In this document: positions 8,573 through 17,306 of the stretch, one piece after another
How the letters are laid out: the number at the start of each line of letters is the position of its first letter
Position numbering within the stretch: position 1 is the stretch's first letter
Source: an uncultured Candidatus Saccharibacteria bacterium
Lineage (GTDB): Bacteria; Patescibacteriota; Minisyncoccia; 2-02-FULL-40-12; GWA2-44-9
Assembly (NCBI GenBank): GCA_964513645.1
Contig: CAZENF010000001.1
Span: 200,022-264,021, forward strand
Length of the DNA: 64,000 bases
Direction: 5' to 3'
Program-made: the position numbers and the translations under genes
The notes under the pieces: generated by a model
The model's database searches: none
What the model saw: only the letters and a program-made list of their open reading frames with translations
Told to the model about the DNA's origin: nothing

Positions 8573-9534
8573 TAACCACGGAAATTTCACTTGAACTTTA
8601 CGGACGGATGTATCGGATCCGTAAATCCGAAGAAAAGATCATCGAAGAATATTTTAACGATGCCATGAAAACTCCAATGCATATGTCGATGGGTTCCGAA
8701 GCGATCGCAGCCGGTGTCTGCACCGCCTTAGACGACGCTGCCCAGATCTGGGGAACTTATCGGAGTCACGCGACATATCTTGCTCGGACCAAAGACGTGA
8801 ACGGTTTTTTCACGGAACTTTACGGCAAGGTTACTGGACCGGGAGGAGGCAAAGCAGGTTCGATGCATTTAGCCGACCCGGAACAAGGTTTGGTTATGGC
8901 TTCGGCTGTGGTTGCGACAAACATCTCACCGGCCTTAGGCGCCGCTTTTGCCAACAAAATTCTCAAAAATCATGATATCGCTGTTACCTTTTTTGGTGAC
9001 GGCGCCGTTGATGAAGGTGTTTTCTGGGAAAGCATCAATCTCGCTTCTGTCTTGAGTTTGCCAGTCCTGTTCGTCTACGAAGACAACGGTCTGGCTATTC
9101 ATACCTCGGCCAAAAGCCGGCATGGTTATGACAATATCGGAAATCTGATAAAACAATATGCCAACTGGCATTATCTCGAATACGGTGGAACAGACGTTGA
9201 AGAAATATTTCAATTGACCGCAAATGCTTATTTCGGCCAATTGATGCGCGGACCGGTTTTCTTGTCACTTAAATACTACCGCTATCTTGAACATGTCGGT
9301 GTCAATGAAGATTTTAAGGCCGGTTATCGAAGCCGCGAAGAATTTGAAAAGTGGCAAAAAATTGACCCTCTGACCGTTCAAAAGAACCGATTGACCGACC
9401 TTGGTCTTGCCAAAGAGGTTTCACGATTGGAGACAGAGATATTGAATCAGATAGAAGAGGCCGTTACCTATGCAAAAAGCAGCCCTTATCCCGAACCCGG
9501 AGCTTTGTACGAAGGAGTGTACGATGACGAATAA
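8569..9534 (+). CDS. TPP-dependent 2-oxoacid dehydrogenase E1 component, alpha subunit (PDH/acetoin-DH E1-alpha-like)
   Basis: 321 aa; TPP-binding GDGAVDEGVFWESINLA...LPVLFVYEDNGLAI. ATGA overlap with the upstream stop. Confidence 0.8.
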   Translation: MITTEISLELYGRMYRIRKSEEKIIEEYFNDAMKTPMHMSMGSEAIAAGVCTALDDAAQIWGTYRSHATYLARTKDVNGFFTELYGKVTGPGGGKAGSMHLADPEQGLVMASAVVATNISPALGAAFANKILKNHDIAVTFFGDGAVDEGVFWESINLASVLSLPVLFVYEDNGLAIHTSAKSRHGYDNIGNLIKQYANWHYLEYGGTDVEEIFQLTANAYFGQLMRGPVFLSLKYYRYLEHVGVNEDFKAGYRSREEFEKWQKIDPLTVQKNRLTDLGLAKEVSRLETEILNQIEEAVTYAKSSPYPEPGALYEGVYDDE

Positions 9535-10573
9535 CAGAGTTATCTCCTATGAAAAAGCCCTGAACGAAGCCATCAGTCAAGAAATGGCGGCTGATGAAAG
9601 AGTTTTTGTATACGGCCTCGATGTTGACGACCACAAACGGATATTCGGAACAACCGTAGGTTTGGTGCAAAAATTCGGTCCCGAAAGATGTTTCAGCACT
9701 CCCTTGTCTGAAGAGTCTCTGATGGGATTAGGCATCGGTGCCGCAGCTTCGGGCTTAAGACCGATAAACCTACACATCCGGATAGAGTTTTTGCTTTTGG
9801 CCCTGAATCAACTTATAAATATCGGCTCATCCCTCCGTTACGGAAGTAACGGAAAACTTTCAACTCCGATGGTTATAATCGGTATTATCGGCCGAGGCTG
9901 GGGACAAGGTTTCCAGCATTCAAAAAGCCTTCAGTCATTTTTTGCCCATATTCCGGGATTAAAAGTGATAATGCCCACTACCCCTTACGATATAAAAGGC
10001 ATGATGACATCGGCGATACAGGACAACAACATCGTCGTTTGTCTCCTTCACCGCTGGCTTTACTGGATAGAAGGCCATGTTCCGGAAACACAGTACAAAG
10101 TTCCGATAGGCATGAGCCGTATTCTGCGCGAAGGTTCCGACATAACCATTGTCGCTACATCCTGGATGAACATCGAAGCACATGATGCGGCCAATGTCCT
10201 GGCCAAAAGAAATGTCAGCGTCGAGATTATCGACGCACGGACAATTTCGCCTCTTGATTACAGCATGATAGTTCATTCGGTCAACCAGACCGGCCGGTGC
10301 ATCATCGCAGACTATGACTGGCTCAACTGCGGCTTCAGCGCCGAGGTTACAGCCAGAGTTTCAGAGCAATGCTTCGGTAAGCTCAAACTTCCGGTCGCCC
10401 GGATAGGATTTGCCGAGACACCCTGCCCGACGACCAGACCCCTTGAGAACATGTTCTATCCTGACGCCAAATCGATAATCAGAAAAGCCGAAAGAATGCT
10501 CGGTCTTTCTCCTGCCGATCTGTCCGAAGAGAAATTCCACACCTGGGAAAACAAATTCAAAGGACCTTTTTAA
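9524..10573 (+). CDS. TPP-dependent 2-oxoacid dehydrogenase E1 component, beta subunit (transketolase-like pyrimidine-binding and C-terminal domains)
   Basis: MTNNRVISYEKALNEAISQEMAADERVFVYG...TPLSEESLMGLGIGAAASGLRPI... The ORF is open from 9470, but the ATG at 9524 overlaps the alpha stop (ATGACGAATAA) and fits the canonical E1-beta N-terminus. Confidence 0.8.
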   Translation: MTNNRVISYEKALNEAISQEMAADERVFVYGLDVDDHKRIFGTTVGLVQKFGPERCFSTPLSEESLMGLGIGAAASGLRPINLHIRIEFLLLALNQLINIGSSLRYGSNGKLSTPMVIIGIIGRGWGQGFQHSKSLQSFFAHIPGLKVIMPTTPYDIKGMMTSAIQDNNIVVCLLHRWLYWIEGHVPETQYKVPIGMSRILREGSDITIVATSWMNIEAHDAANVLAKRNVSVEIIDARTISPLDYSMIVHSVNQTGRCIIADYDWLNCGFSAEVTARVSEQCFGKLKLPVARIGFAETPCPTTRPLENMFYPDAKSIIRKAERMLGLSPADLSEEKFHTWENKFKGPF

Positions 10574-10600
10574 ACCGCTTTTCAAAAGCGGTTTTTATTT
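10573..10600 (+). terminator. Rho-independent terminator after the E1 alpha/beta pair
   Basis: AACCGCTTTTCAAAAGCGGTT palindrome followed by TTTATTT. Confidence 0.6.
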
Positions 10601-10672
10601 AGCTTGACCTTGACTAAACTCAAAAATATTTATATAAATTAGCCAAATGTTCGTTAAAAACAAGGAGGTAAT

Positions 10673-12379
10673 TTGATAATTTTAGGGATGCTGACCTATT
10701 CTCACGATACGTCCGCCGCCATCTTAAAAGACGGCCGCGTATTGTTTGCCGCCGAAGAAGAAAGGTTCAACGGCGAAAAACATACCACAAAATTTCCGCA
10801 TAATGCGATCAAGGCATGCCTTGATTTCGCAAAGATCACGCTCGATGATGTGGACGTCATCTGCGTTCCCAACATCCCGATAATGAGCGTCCGTCTGCGC
10901 TTCATCCGGAACTGGTACCGCCATTTTCCCAAAGTAACGCCGAGGATGTTAGCTGAATCAAAATGGATAGACAGATTCATTTATATTGAACAGGATATCA
11001 GAGAAAATCTGAATTTCCAAAAAAAAATATTTTTCTGTCATCACCACCTCGCCCACATGGCAAGTGCTTATTACCTTTCCGGATTTTCGTCGAGCGCGCT
11101 TTTGAGCATCGACGGAGTTGGAGACATTGAAAGTCTGACAACCGGAGTTGCCGAAAACAACAAACTGAAGCTTTTCAAGAAAGACAGCGTCGAATGGCCT
11201 CACTCGATGGGTGTTCTATACACTTGTATCACGGATTATCTTGGCTTTAAGCGCCATTGCGATGAAGGCAAGGTCATGGGTCTTGCCCCTTATGGCAACA
11301 TCGAAACTTTTAGAAAGATATTCGAGAAAGTTGTTTTACTCGGTCCGCGCGGCAGATTTGCCCTCGACTATAAGTATTTCGATTATCCGTACATTCAAGG
11401 TTCAACAATGTCGGATGTTTTCAAAGAACTGTGCGGTCCGTCGAGACAAAAAGACGAACCGATCACCCAAAGGCACATGGATATCGCCGCGGCGGCGCAA
11501 TACATGACCGAGAAGGTCATGGTTAATTCAGCCCGGTATCTTCAAGAAAAAACCGGACAAACAAATCTTTCGATGGCCGGCGGCGTAGCGCTTAACTGTG
11601 TCGCTAACGGAAAAATCCTCACCGAAACACCTTTTAAGAATATCTTCATCCAGCCCGCGGCAAATGATTCGGGAGCTTCTCTCGGGGCCGCCCTTTATTA
11701 TCATTATCTGAAAAACAAGAACGCGGAACGTTACCGCCTGAACAATGCTTATCTGGGAAACGGATATGATAACACGGAAGTATTCAAAGCATTAATTTAT
11801 GCTAAAAATAAAGTTAATTTTGTAACCGGACCAAAAGATAAAATGAACCATTATATAGCACGGTTCCTGGCTAGCGGAAAAATAGTCGCCTGGTTCAACG
11901 GACGATTCGAATACGGCCCGAGAGCCCTCGGCAATCGCTCTATCATTACGGCACCGTTCCCGGCAGAAATGAAGGATATTCTAAACTCGCGAGTTAAACA
12001 CCGTGAATCATTCCGGCCTTTTGCTCCGGTTGTTCTCGAAGAAGACTGCGGTGAATATTTCGACAACATTCATATTTCACCCTATATGCTTCTGACCTAT
12101 GGTGTCAGACCTGAAAAAAAACACCAGGTTCCCGCAATCACCCACGTTGACGGAACGGCCAGAGTCCAGACAGTAAATGAAGAACAAAATCCTGACCTTT
12201 ATAACCTTATCAAAGAGTTCAAAACCCAAACCGGAATAGGTATCATTCTGAACACCTCATTCAATGTCATGGGTCAGCCGATAATCAATACCCCCGAAGA
12301 AGCCATTGAATGCTTCCTGGGTACGGATATCGACTATTTGGTCCTGAACGGAGAATTCCTTGTCTCGAAAGCTGCTTAG
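10673..12379 (+). CDS. NodU/CmcH-family O-carbamoyltransferase
   Basis: 568 aa; N-terminal ILGMLTYSHDTSAAILKDGRVLFAAEEERFN (Kae1/YgjD-like fold) and a C-terminal carbamoyltransferase domain. AAGGAGG Shine-Dalgarno before the TTG start. Confidence 0.85.
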   Translation: MIILGMLTYSHDTSAAILKDGRVLFAAEEERFNGEKHTTKFPHNAIKACLDFAKITLDDVDVICVPNIPIMSVRLRFIRNWYRHFPKVTPRMLAESKWIDRFIYIEQDIRENLNFQKKIFFCHHHLAHMASAYYLSGFSSSALLSIDGVGDIESLTTGVAENNKLKLFKKDSVEWPHSMGVLYTCITDYLGFKRHCDEGKVMGLAPYGNIETFRKIFEKVVLLGPRGRFALDYKYFDYPYIQGSTMSDVFKELCGPSRQKDEPITQRHMDIAAAAQYMTEKVMVNSARYLQEKTGQTNLSMAGGVALNCVANGKILTETPFKNIFIQPAANDSGASLGAALYYHYLKNKNAERYRLNNAYLGNGYDNTEVFKALIYAKNKVNFVTGPKDKMNHYIARFLASGKIVAWFNGRFEYGPRALGNRSIITAPFPAEMKDILNSRVKHRESFRPFAPVVLEEDCGEYFDNIHISPYMLLTYGVRPEKKHQVPAITHVDGTARVQTVNEEQNPDLYNLIKEFKTQTGIGIILNTSFNVMGQPIINTPEEAIECFLGTDIDYLVLNGEFLVSKAA

Positions 12380-12398
12380 ATATAAGCAGCTTTTTTTA
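12369..12398 (+). terminator. Rho-independent terminator
   Basis: AAGCTGCTTA-GATA-TAAGCAGCTT: 10-bp stem followed by TTTTTTT. The stop codon lies within the stem. Confidence 0.65.
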
Positions 12399-12484
12399 TT
12401 AAATGGTCAAGATTGACCGAACTAAAAAAATATTATAAATAAAAGTCAAAATCGTACCTTTACAATCCTGACAGGGAGTCTTAA

Positions 12485-13660
12485 GTGAACCATCCTTTCA
12501 AGTATCCCCTTGCTTCTGACACAATAGATGACGCTAACCTTGAAGAACTAATTTCCTGGTTCAAAACAAAACCCCAGCTGACCATGGGTGAAGTGACGAA
12601 AAAATACGAGAAAGTATGGTCTGAATGGGTTGGCAGAAGATCCGTTTTTGTTAATTCCGGTTCATCCGCTAATTTAGCGATGTATTCGGTCTTGGATTGC
12701 TCAAGCCAGCTGATGAACAAGAAAGTCATCGTTCCAAGCAATGGCTGGGCTACGACCATTGATCCCGCGATCCAGCTTGGATTTCAACCTTTGATGTGCG
12801 AAGCTGATCCTGACACATTCGGTCTCGACCTCGACCATCTCGAAGAATTGCTTGAAGAACACCGGCCGGCTACGGTTATGCTCGTTCATGCGCTTGGCGT
12901 TCCCCATAAAATGGATGAACTAATGGCGCTTAAAGAAAAATATGAATTCATCCTTCTGGAAGACGCCTGTGCTTCGGTCGGTTCAGCTTACAAAGGCAAG
13001 CGGGTGGGAACTTTCGGAGATATGTCGAGCTTTTCGACCTATTTCGGCCACCAATCCTCAAGCGTCGAAGGCGGCTTTATTTTTACCGACAACAAAGAGT
13101 TCTATAACATCCTCCGAATGATAAGAAGCCACGGCTGGGCTAAAGACCTCGATGAAGAAACCTACAACAACCATTTCAGCAAATACAACATCGACCCCGC
13201 TCATCGGCCTTTTGCATTTTTTTACCCGGGATATAACATCCGACCGACAGATATTCAGGCAAAGATAGGTCTTGGGCAATTTGAAAAATTCGAATGGGTG
13301 AGAAAGAACCGCATCCGGAATCATGAACTCTATAAAACCCTGCTCCGAAATGATTTCGGCGTTCAAAAGTATTCATCCGATGAAGTTGAGGTTTGCAGCA
13401 TCAGTTTTGCGATCTTGGCCAAAGATCCCGAAGAACGGGATAAGGTTGTGCATGCCCTGAATAACAACAGTATCGAGACCAGACTTTATTCGGCGGCCAA
13501 TCTTGGCCTGCACCCTTTCTGGTATGACAATTTCGGAAAATTCCTGGCACCAAACGCAACTCGGTTATACAGCTGCGGCTTGTTCCTGCCGAACCATCCT
13601 GATCTTGAAAGGTCAGACATAGAATTCATTTCAAAAGTTGCACTGGGGGCAAAAAAATGA
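12485..13660 (+). CDS. DegT/DnrJ/EryC1 family enzyme with His replacing the PLP-lysine: PMP-dependent sugar 3-dehydratase-like (ColD/E1 (RfbH/DdhC) type)
   Basis: 391 aa. SFSTYFGHQSSSVEGG aligns gap-free with FAFYPNKQMTTGEGG (45620 ORF) and [16 protein letters not shown] (56839 ORF), placing H where both paralogs have the Schiff-base K. N-terminus LASDTIDDANLEEL..TMGEVTKKYEKVWSEW.G...V.VNSGSSANL resembles RfbH/ColD. AGGGAG Shine-Dalgarno before the GTG start. Confidence 0.65.
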   Translation: MNHPFKYPLASDTIDDANLEELISWFKTKPQLTMGEVTKKYEKVWSEWVGRRSVFVNSGSSANLAMYSVLDCSSQLMNKKVIVPSNGWATTIDPAIQLGFQPLMCEADPDTFGLDLDHLEELLEEHRPATVMLVHALGVPHKMDELMALKEKYEFILLEDACASVGSAYKGKRVGTFGDMSSFSTYFGHQSSSVEGGFIFTDNKEFYNILRMIRSHGWAKDLDEETYNNHFSKYNIDPAHRPFAFFYPGYNIRPTDIQAKIGLGQFEKFEWVRKNRIRNHELYKTLLRNDFGVQKYSSDEVEVCSISFAILAKDPEERDKVVHALNNNSIETRLYSAANLGLHPFWYDNFGKFLAPNATRLYSCGLFLPNHPDLERSDIEFISKVALGAKK

Positions 13661-14607
13661 GAAAGATCAAGGTCCTGATCACCGGAGGCGCGGGGTATAT
13701 AGGTTCAGTATTGGTTCCTAAATTGTTAGAAACCGGCATTTACAAAATAGCGGTCATCGACAACTTCATGTACCAAGAACCTTCCCTGGTCAATGTTTCC
13801 GACAATCCCGATCTGACCATTCTAAATTCCGATATCAGGGATTATAAACTGGTTAATTTTATAGCCCCAAAATCGGACTATATTTTACCATTGGCCTGCC
13901 TGACCGGTGCACCCATTTGCGACCGTTATCCCAATCAGGCCAGAGAAGTAATAGTGGACGCATTAAAAAATATGATAAGTTCGCTAAAACCCAACCAGAG
14001 ACTGATCTATCCTACAACCAACAGCGGCTACGGGATCGGTAGCGACGATATCTATTGCGATGAGAATAGTCCGCTTAACCCGATATCACATTACGGCCGT
14101 TTGAAAGTCGAAGCCGAAAAAATGATATTGGAAAGAAAAGGAATCGCTCTTAGACTGGCCACCGTTTTCGGTGTCAGCCCGAGAATGAGATTAGACCTCC
14201 TTGTGAACGACATGACCTTCGAGGCGGTTAAGAAGGGTCATATAAAACTTTATGAACCGCATTTCAAAAGAAACTTCATCCACGTCAGAGATATTGCCGA
14301 CGCTTTTGTTTTTTGTCTGAACAATTTTGAAAAAATGCAAGGACAAGTATACAACGTCGGCCTCAGCGAAGCGAATATAAGCAAAATGGACCTGTGCCTG
14401 ATGATAAAAGAGCGGGTACCGAAACTCGAAATAACAACCGATGATTCAAAGAAGGATCCGGACCAGCGCAACTATATTGTCAATAACGAAAAGATCGAAG
14501 CTCTCGGTTTTAAAGCGAAGGTTTCCCTTAAAACCGGAATTCAGGAACTGATAAAATATTACGAGATGCTCGATTATTCCCAAAGACAAAGATTTTCGAA
14601 CATTTAA
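13657..14607 (+). CDS. NAD-dependent epimerase/dehydratase (extended SDR)
   Basis: 316 aa; VLITGGAGYIGS Rossmann motif. Paralog of 34051..34980 (shared VIDNxM, SPRxRLDLxxND, TFIHVxD). Confidence 0.8.
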   Translation: MRKIKVLITGGAGYIGSVLVPKLLETGIYKIAVIDNFMYQEPSLVNVSDNPDLTILNSDIRDYKLVNFIAPKSDYILPLACLTGAPICDRYPNQAREVIVDALKNMISSLKPNQRLIYPTTNSGYGIGSDDIYCDENSPLNPISHYGRLKVEAEKMILERKGIALRLATVFGVSPRMRLDLLVNDMTFEAVKKGHIKLYEPHFKRNFIHVRDIADAFVFCLNNFEKMQGQVYNVGLSEANISKMDLCLMIKERVPKLEITTDDSKKDPDQRNYIVNNEKIEALGFKAKVSLKTGIQELIKYYEMLDYSQRQRFSNI

Positions 14608-14609
14608 TC

Positions 14610-14636
14610 AAGCCGCCTTAAGGCGGCTTTTTGTTT
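14610..14636 (+). terminator. Rho-independent terminator
   Basis: AGCCGCC-TTAA-GGCGGCT followed by TTTTGTTTG. Confidence 0.6.
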
Positions 14637-14690
14637 GCAAAATCGAGCCGATATATTTATACTAACTTCAGTTTTTTCAAAGATATCCCA

Positions 14691-15032
14691 ATGAAAAACA
14701 GAGTTGATAACGACGTCGGCACGAGAATAATCAACAGACTGATAAGAATGACAAAAGCTAACAAACTGATCTGGGTAAAATTCAATAGAGATTTCCACTC
14801 TCATTACAAAGACATCATGAGATTCAGAGTTATTTTGAACGATTCTGAAGTACAGCTTGAAATAATGACGGGTTATCATTTCGGCAAAACTCTCTCTAAT
14901 CCTAAAAACTTGACGCTATTGAAAAAGATCCGGACCCAACAGGCCGAACTCACGGAAGAAGAAAGGCAGAAAGCTCTTGCTAAATCGATTAGCAGGAGCT
15001 ATTTGGAGGATATCCTTGATGTCCTCTCTTAG
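14691..15032 (+). CDS. Hypothetical protein (about 113 aa)
   Basis: The ORF is open from 14631, but that start lies inside the upstream terminator T-tract. The in-frame ATG at 14691 (MKNRVDN...) is more plausible. No recognisable domain. Confidence 0.35.
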   Translation: MKNRVDNDVGTRIINRLIRMTKANKLIWVKFNRDFHSHYKDIMRFRVILNDSEVQLEIMTGYHFGKTLSNPKNLTLLKKIRTQQAELTEEERQKALAKSISRSYLEDILDVLS

Positions 15033-15037
15033 ATTCA

Positions 15038-15072
15038 AAGCCTGCCGGTACCCTAAACGGCAGGCTTTTAAA
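15038..15072 (+). terminator. Rho-independent terminator
   Basis: AAGCCTGCCG...CGGCAGGCTT: 10-bp stem with a 10-nt loop, followed by TTTAAAATTTTT. Confidence 0.6.
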
Positions 15073-15146
15073 ATTTTTGGAATATTGACGATTTGTTTAA
15101 AAGTATATAAAGTATTTTCAGTTCATATACAAAAAGTTGCAAATTA

Positions 15147-17222
15147 GTGAGCAAAAAAATCACTGTCGGCCTGTGCCAGATAAATGCCAGCTTCTCGGGG
15201 GTAAGCTACCTGCCCTACTCGGTAGGACTCCTTGAAGCCCACGCCCGTAAAAACCTTCCTGAAATTGATAAATACGAGTTCATGCCTCCGATCTTCGCGA
15301 GAGAATCGGTAGATTCGGCGGTTAAAAAACTTCTGCCGTGTGACGTGGTTTATATCAGTCTTTACGTCTGGAACAACAATCTGGCCCTGATGATTGCCAA
15401 AGAATTAAAAAAGCTCAAGCCCGAGGTTGTCATTGTGGTAGGCGGACCCCATGTCCCCGATAAATACAAATCTCACACCCAGAACAAACAAATAACCCCG
15501 GTTTTTATCGGAATAAAAAATTCAAAATCAACTCGAACCCCGCCTGAACTTTTAAGAACAGAGACCTATCTGCGCGAAAATCCTTATATCGATATTGCCG
15601 TCCACGGTGAAGGCGAAAGAGTTTCAACAATTCTTTTGCAGAACCTTCACGGTGACTGGAGTAAAATACCGTCCATCAGCTACCTGGATAAAGAGGGTTA
15701 TATTGTACAGACCGAAAAAATTTCGCGTCTCAAAGAGCTCGATGAGATACCTTCTCCTTATCTTGAAGGCACCTTCGACTCCCTTATCAAGTCCAACCCT
15801 GACACTAAATGGATAACCGTCTGGGAAACAAACCGCGGCTGTCCTTTCTCCTGCACATTCTGCGACTGGGGTTCCGCGATCGCCTCAAAGGTGTATAAAT
15901 GGGAACTTGAGCGGGCCTACCGCGAAATGGATTGGTTCGCCGCCCATCAGATAGAATTTATTTTTCTGGCTGATGCAAATTTCGGCATCCTGAACCGCGA
16001 CATTGATATCGCAAAATACTGCGCCAGGACCAGAGAATTAACTGGCTATCCGAAAGCGATCACGGTCTCGAACACCAAGAACGCGACCGACCGTTCATAT
16101 CAGGTCCAGAAAATATTTGCCGAAGCCGGCCTTGCCGCCGGAGCTTCGCTCTCAATGCAGTCTCTTGACCCTGGGACTTTGAAAGATATCAAAAGGGACA
16201 ACATCAGTCTCGACTCTTACAACGAGATCCAACAAAGAATGAAACAGGACGGCGTCGCCTCTTTCACAGACATTGTCATCGGTCTGCCCGGTGAAACATA
16301 CGAAACTTTCGCCAATGGTGTCGATCAACTTATCCGGAACGGTCTCCATGACCGGATCCTATTCTATGACCTGACCATTCTGCCCAACGCCGAAATGGCC
16401 GACCCGGGATACCGAAAAAAGTTCGGAATGGAAACCGTTAACGCCAAGACGATAAACATCCACGGCTCACGCAAAGAAATTCAGAATGACGTTCCTGAAT
16501 TCCAGGAAGTCGTCGTCGCAACGGCCGCAATGCCTCGCCCTGACTGGGCAAGGGTCAAAGCTTTCAGCTGGACGGCTGCTTTCCTTCATTTCGACAAGAT
16601 ACTTCAGATACCGCTGGTCCTGATGCATGAGCTGGCCGGCATAAAATACCGTGAGCTTATCGAATTACTTTCCGAAGCAAAATTCGGAAACCCCCGAAAA
16701 TTCCCGACCCTGAATAAGATACATGGCTTTTTCATTGAAAAAGCACGTTCTATCCAGGCAGGCGGCGAGGAGTTCTGCCATTCCAAGGAACACCTCGACA
16801 TGTGGTGGCCGTCAGACGAGAAAATACTCATCGAGCTGGCAACCAATGACGAACTTCCGGGTTTTTACGAAGAAGCATATTTTGCTCTGAAAAATATTCT
16901 GAAAATATCAGGCAAGACCGAATTCGACAATGCTCTTAGAGAATCAGTGATACTTAACGAAGCCCTGCTTAAACTCCCGTTCCTGAACGGCACAGTTAAA
17001 GTAAAGCTTGAACATAACATCTGGGAATTTTACAAGGCCGCGGTCAGGTCGGAACCGATACCGCTTGTAAAACAAAGATCGGTTATCAGTATCAACCGTG
17101 ACATTGAAAAATGGAATTCATGGAACGACTGGTGCCGATTCGTTGTATGGTACGGCAGCAAACAGAGCGCATATCTGTACGGAAATAAATCGGTCCGGGT
17201 ACAAATTGCCGGACATTTCTAA
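15147..17222 (+). CDS. Cobalamin-binding (class B) radical SAM enzyme with a roughly 300-aa C-terminal extension
   Basis: 691 aa; radical SAM CxxxCxxC as ETNRGCPFSCTFCDWG, preceded by a B12-binding-type N-terminal Rossmann region (VVIVVGGPHV). Paralog of 24610..26760. Confidence 0.8.
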   Translation: MSKKITVGLCQINASFSGVSYLPYSVGLLEAHARKNLPEIDKYEFMPPIFARESVDSAVKKLLPCDVVYISLYVWNNNLALMIAKELKKLKPEVVIVVGGPHVPDKYKSHTQNKQITPVFIGIKNSKSTRTPPELLRTETYLRENPYIDIAVHGEGERVSTILLQNLHGDWSKIPSISYLDKEGYIVQTEKISRLKELDEIPSPYLEGTFDSLIKSNPDTKWITVWETNRGCPFSCTFCDWGSAIASKVYKWELERAYREMDWFAAHQIEFIFLADANFGILNRDIDIAKYCARTRELTGYPKAITVSNTKNATDRSYQVQKIFAEAGLAAGASLSMQSLDPGTLKDIKRDNISLDSYNEIQQRMKQDGVASFTDIVIGLPGETYETFANGVDQLIRNGLHDRILFYDLTILPNAEMADPGYRKKFGMETVNAKTINIHGSRKEIQNDVPEFQEVVVATAAMPRPDWARVKAFSWTAAFLHFDKILQIPLVLMHELAGIKYRELIELLSEAKFGNPRKFPTLNKIHGFFIEKARSIQAGGEEFCHSKEHLDMWWPSDEKILIELATNDELPGFYEEAYFALKNILKISGKTEFDNALRESVILNEALLKLPFLNGTVKVKLEHNIWEFYKAAVRSEPIPLVKQRSVISINRDIEKWNSWNDWCRFVVWYGSKQSAYLYGNKSVRVQIAGHF

Positions 17223-17247
17223 AACGCCCAAAAGGGCGTTTTTATTT
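17222..17247 (+). terminator. Rho-independent terminator
   Basis: AACGCCC-AAAA-GGGCGTT followed by TTTTATTT. Confidence 0.65.
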
Positions 17248-17306
17248 GACTTTTTTTAAAAAAAATCTATTATTATTGACGGAACTTTCACAACAAAAGG
17301 CGGGTA

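Noticed and set aside
10604-10615. TTGACCTTGAC after the 10573 terminator as a possible fourth copy of the 26-bp motif
   Set aside because: Repeat spacing (6 versus 10-11) and flanking sequence differ. Only the generic TTGAC core is shared, so it is treated as an ordinary -35-like element.
14631-14690. ATG at 14631 as the start of the small hypothetical protein
   Set aside because: It lies within the T-tract of the upstream terminator hairpin (14610..14636). The in-frame ATG at 14691 was preferred.
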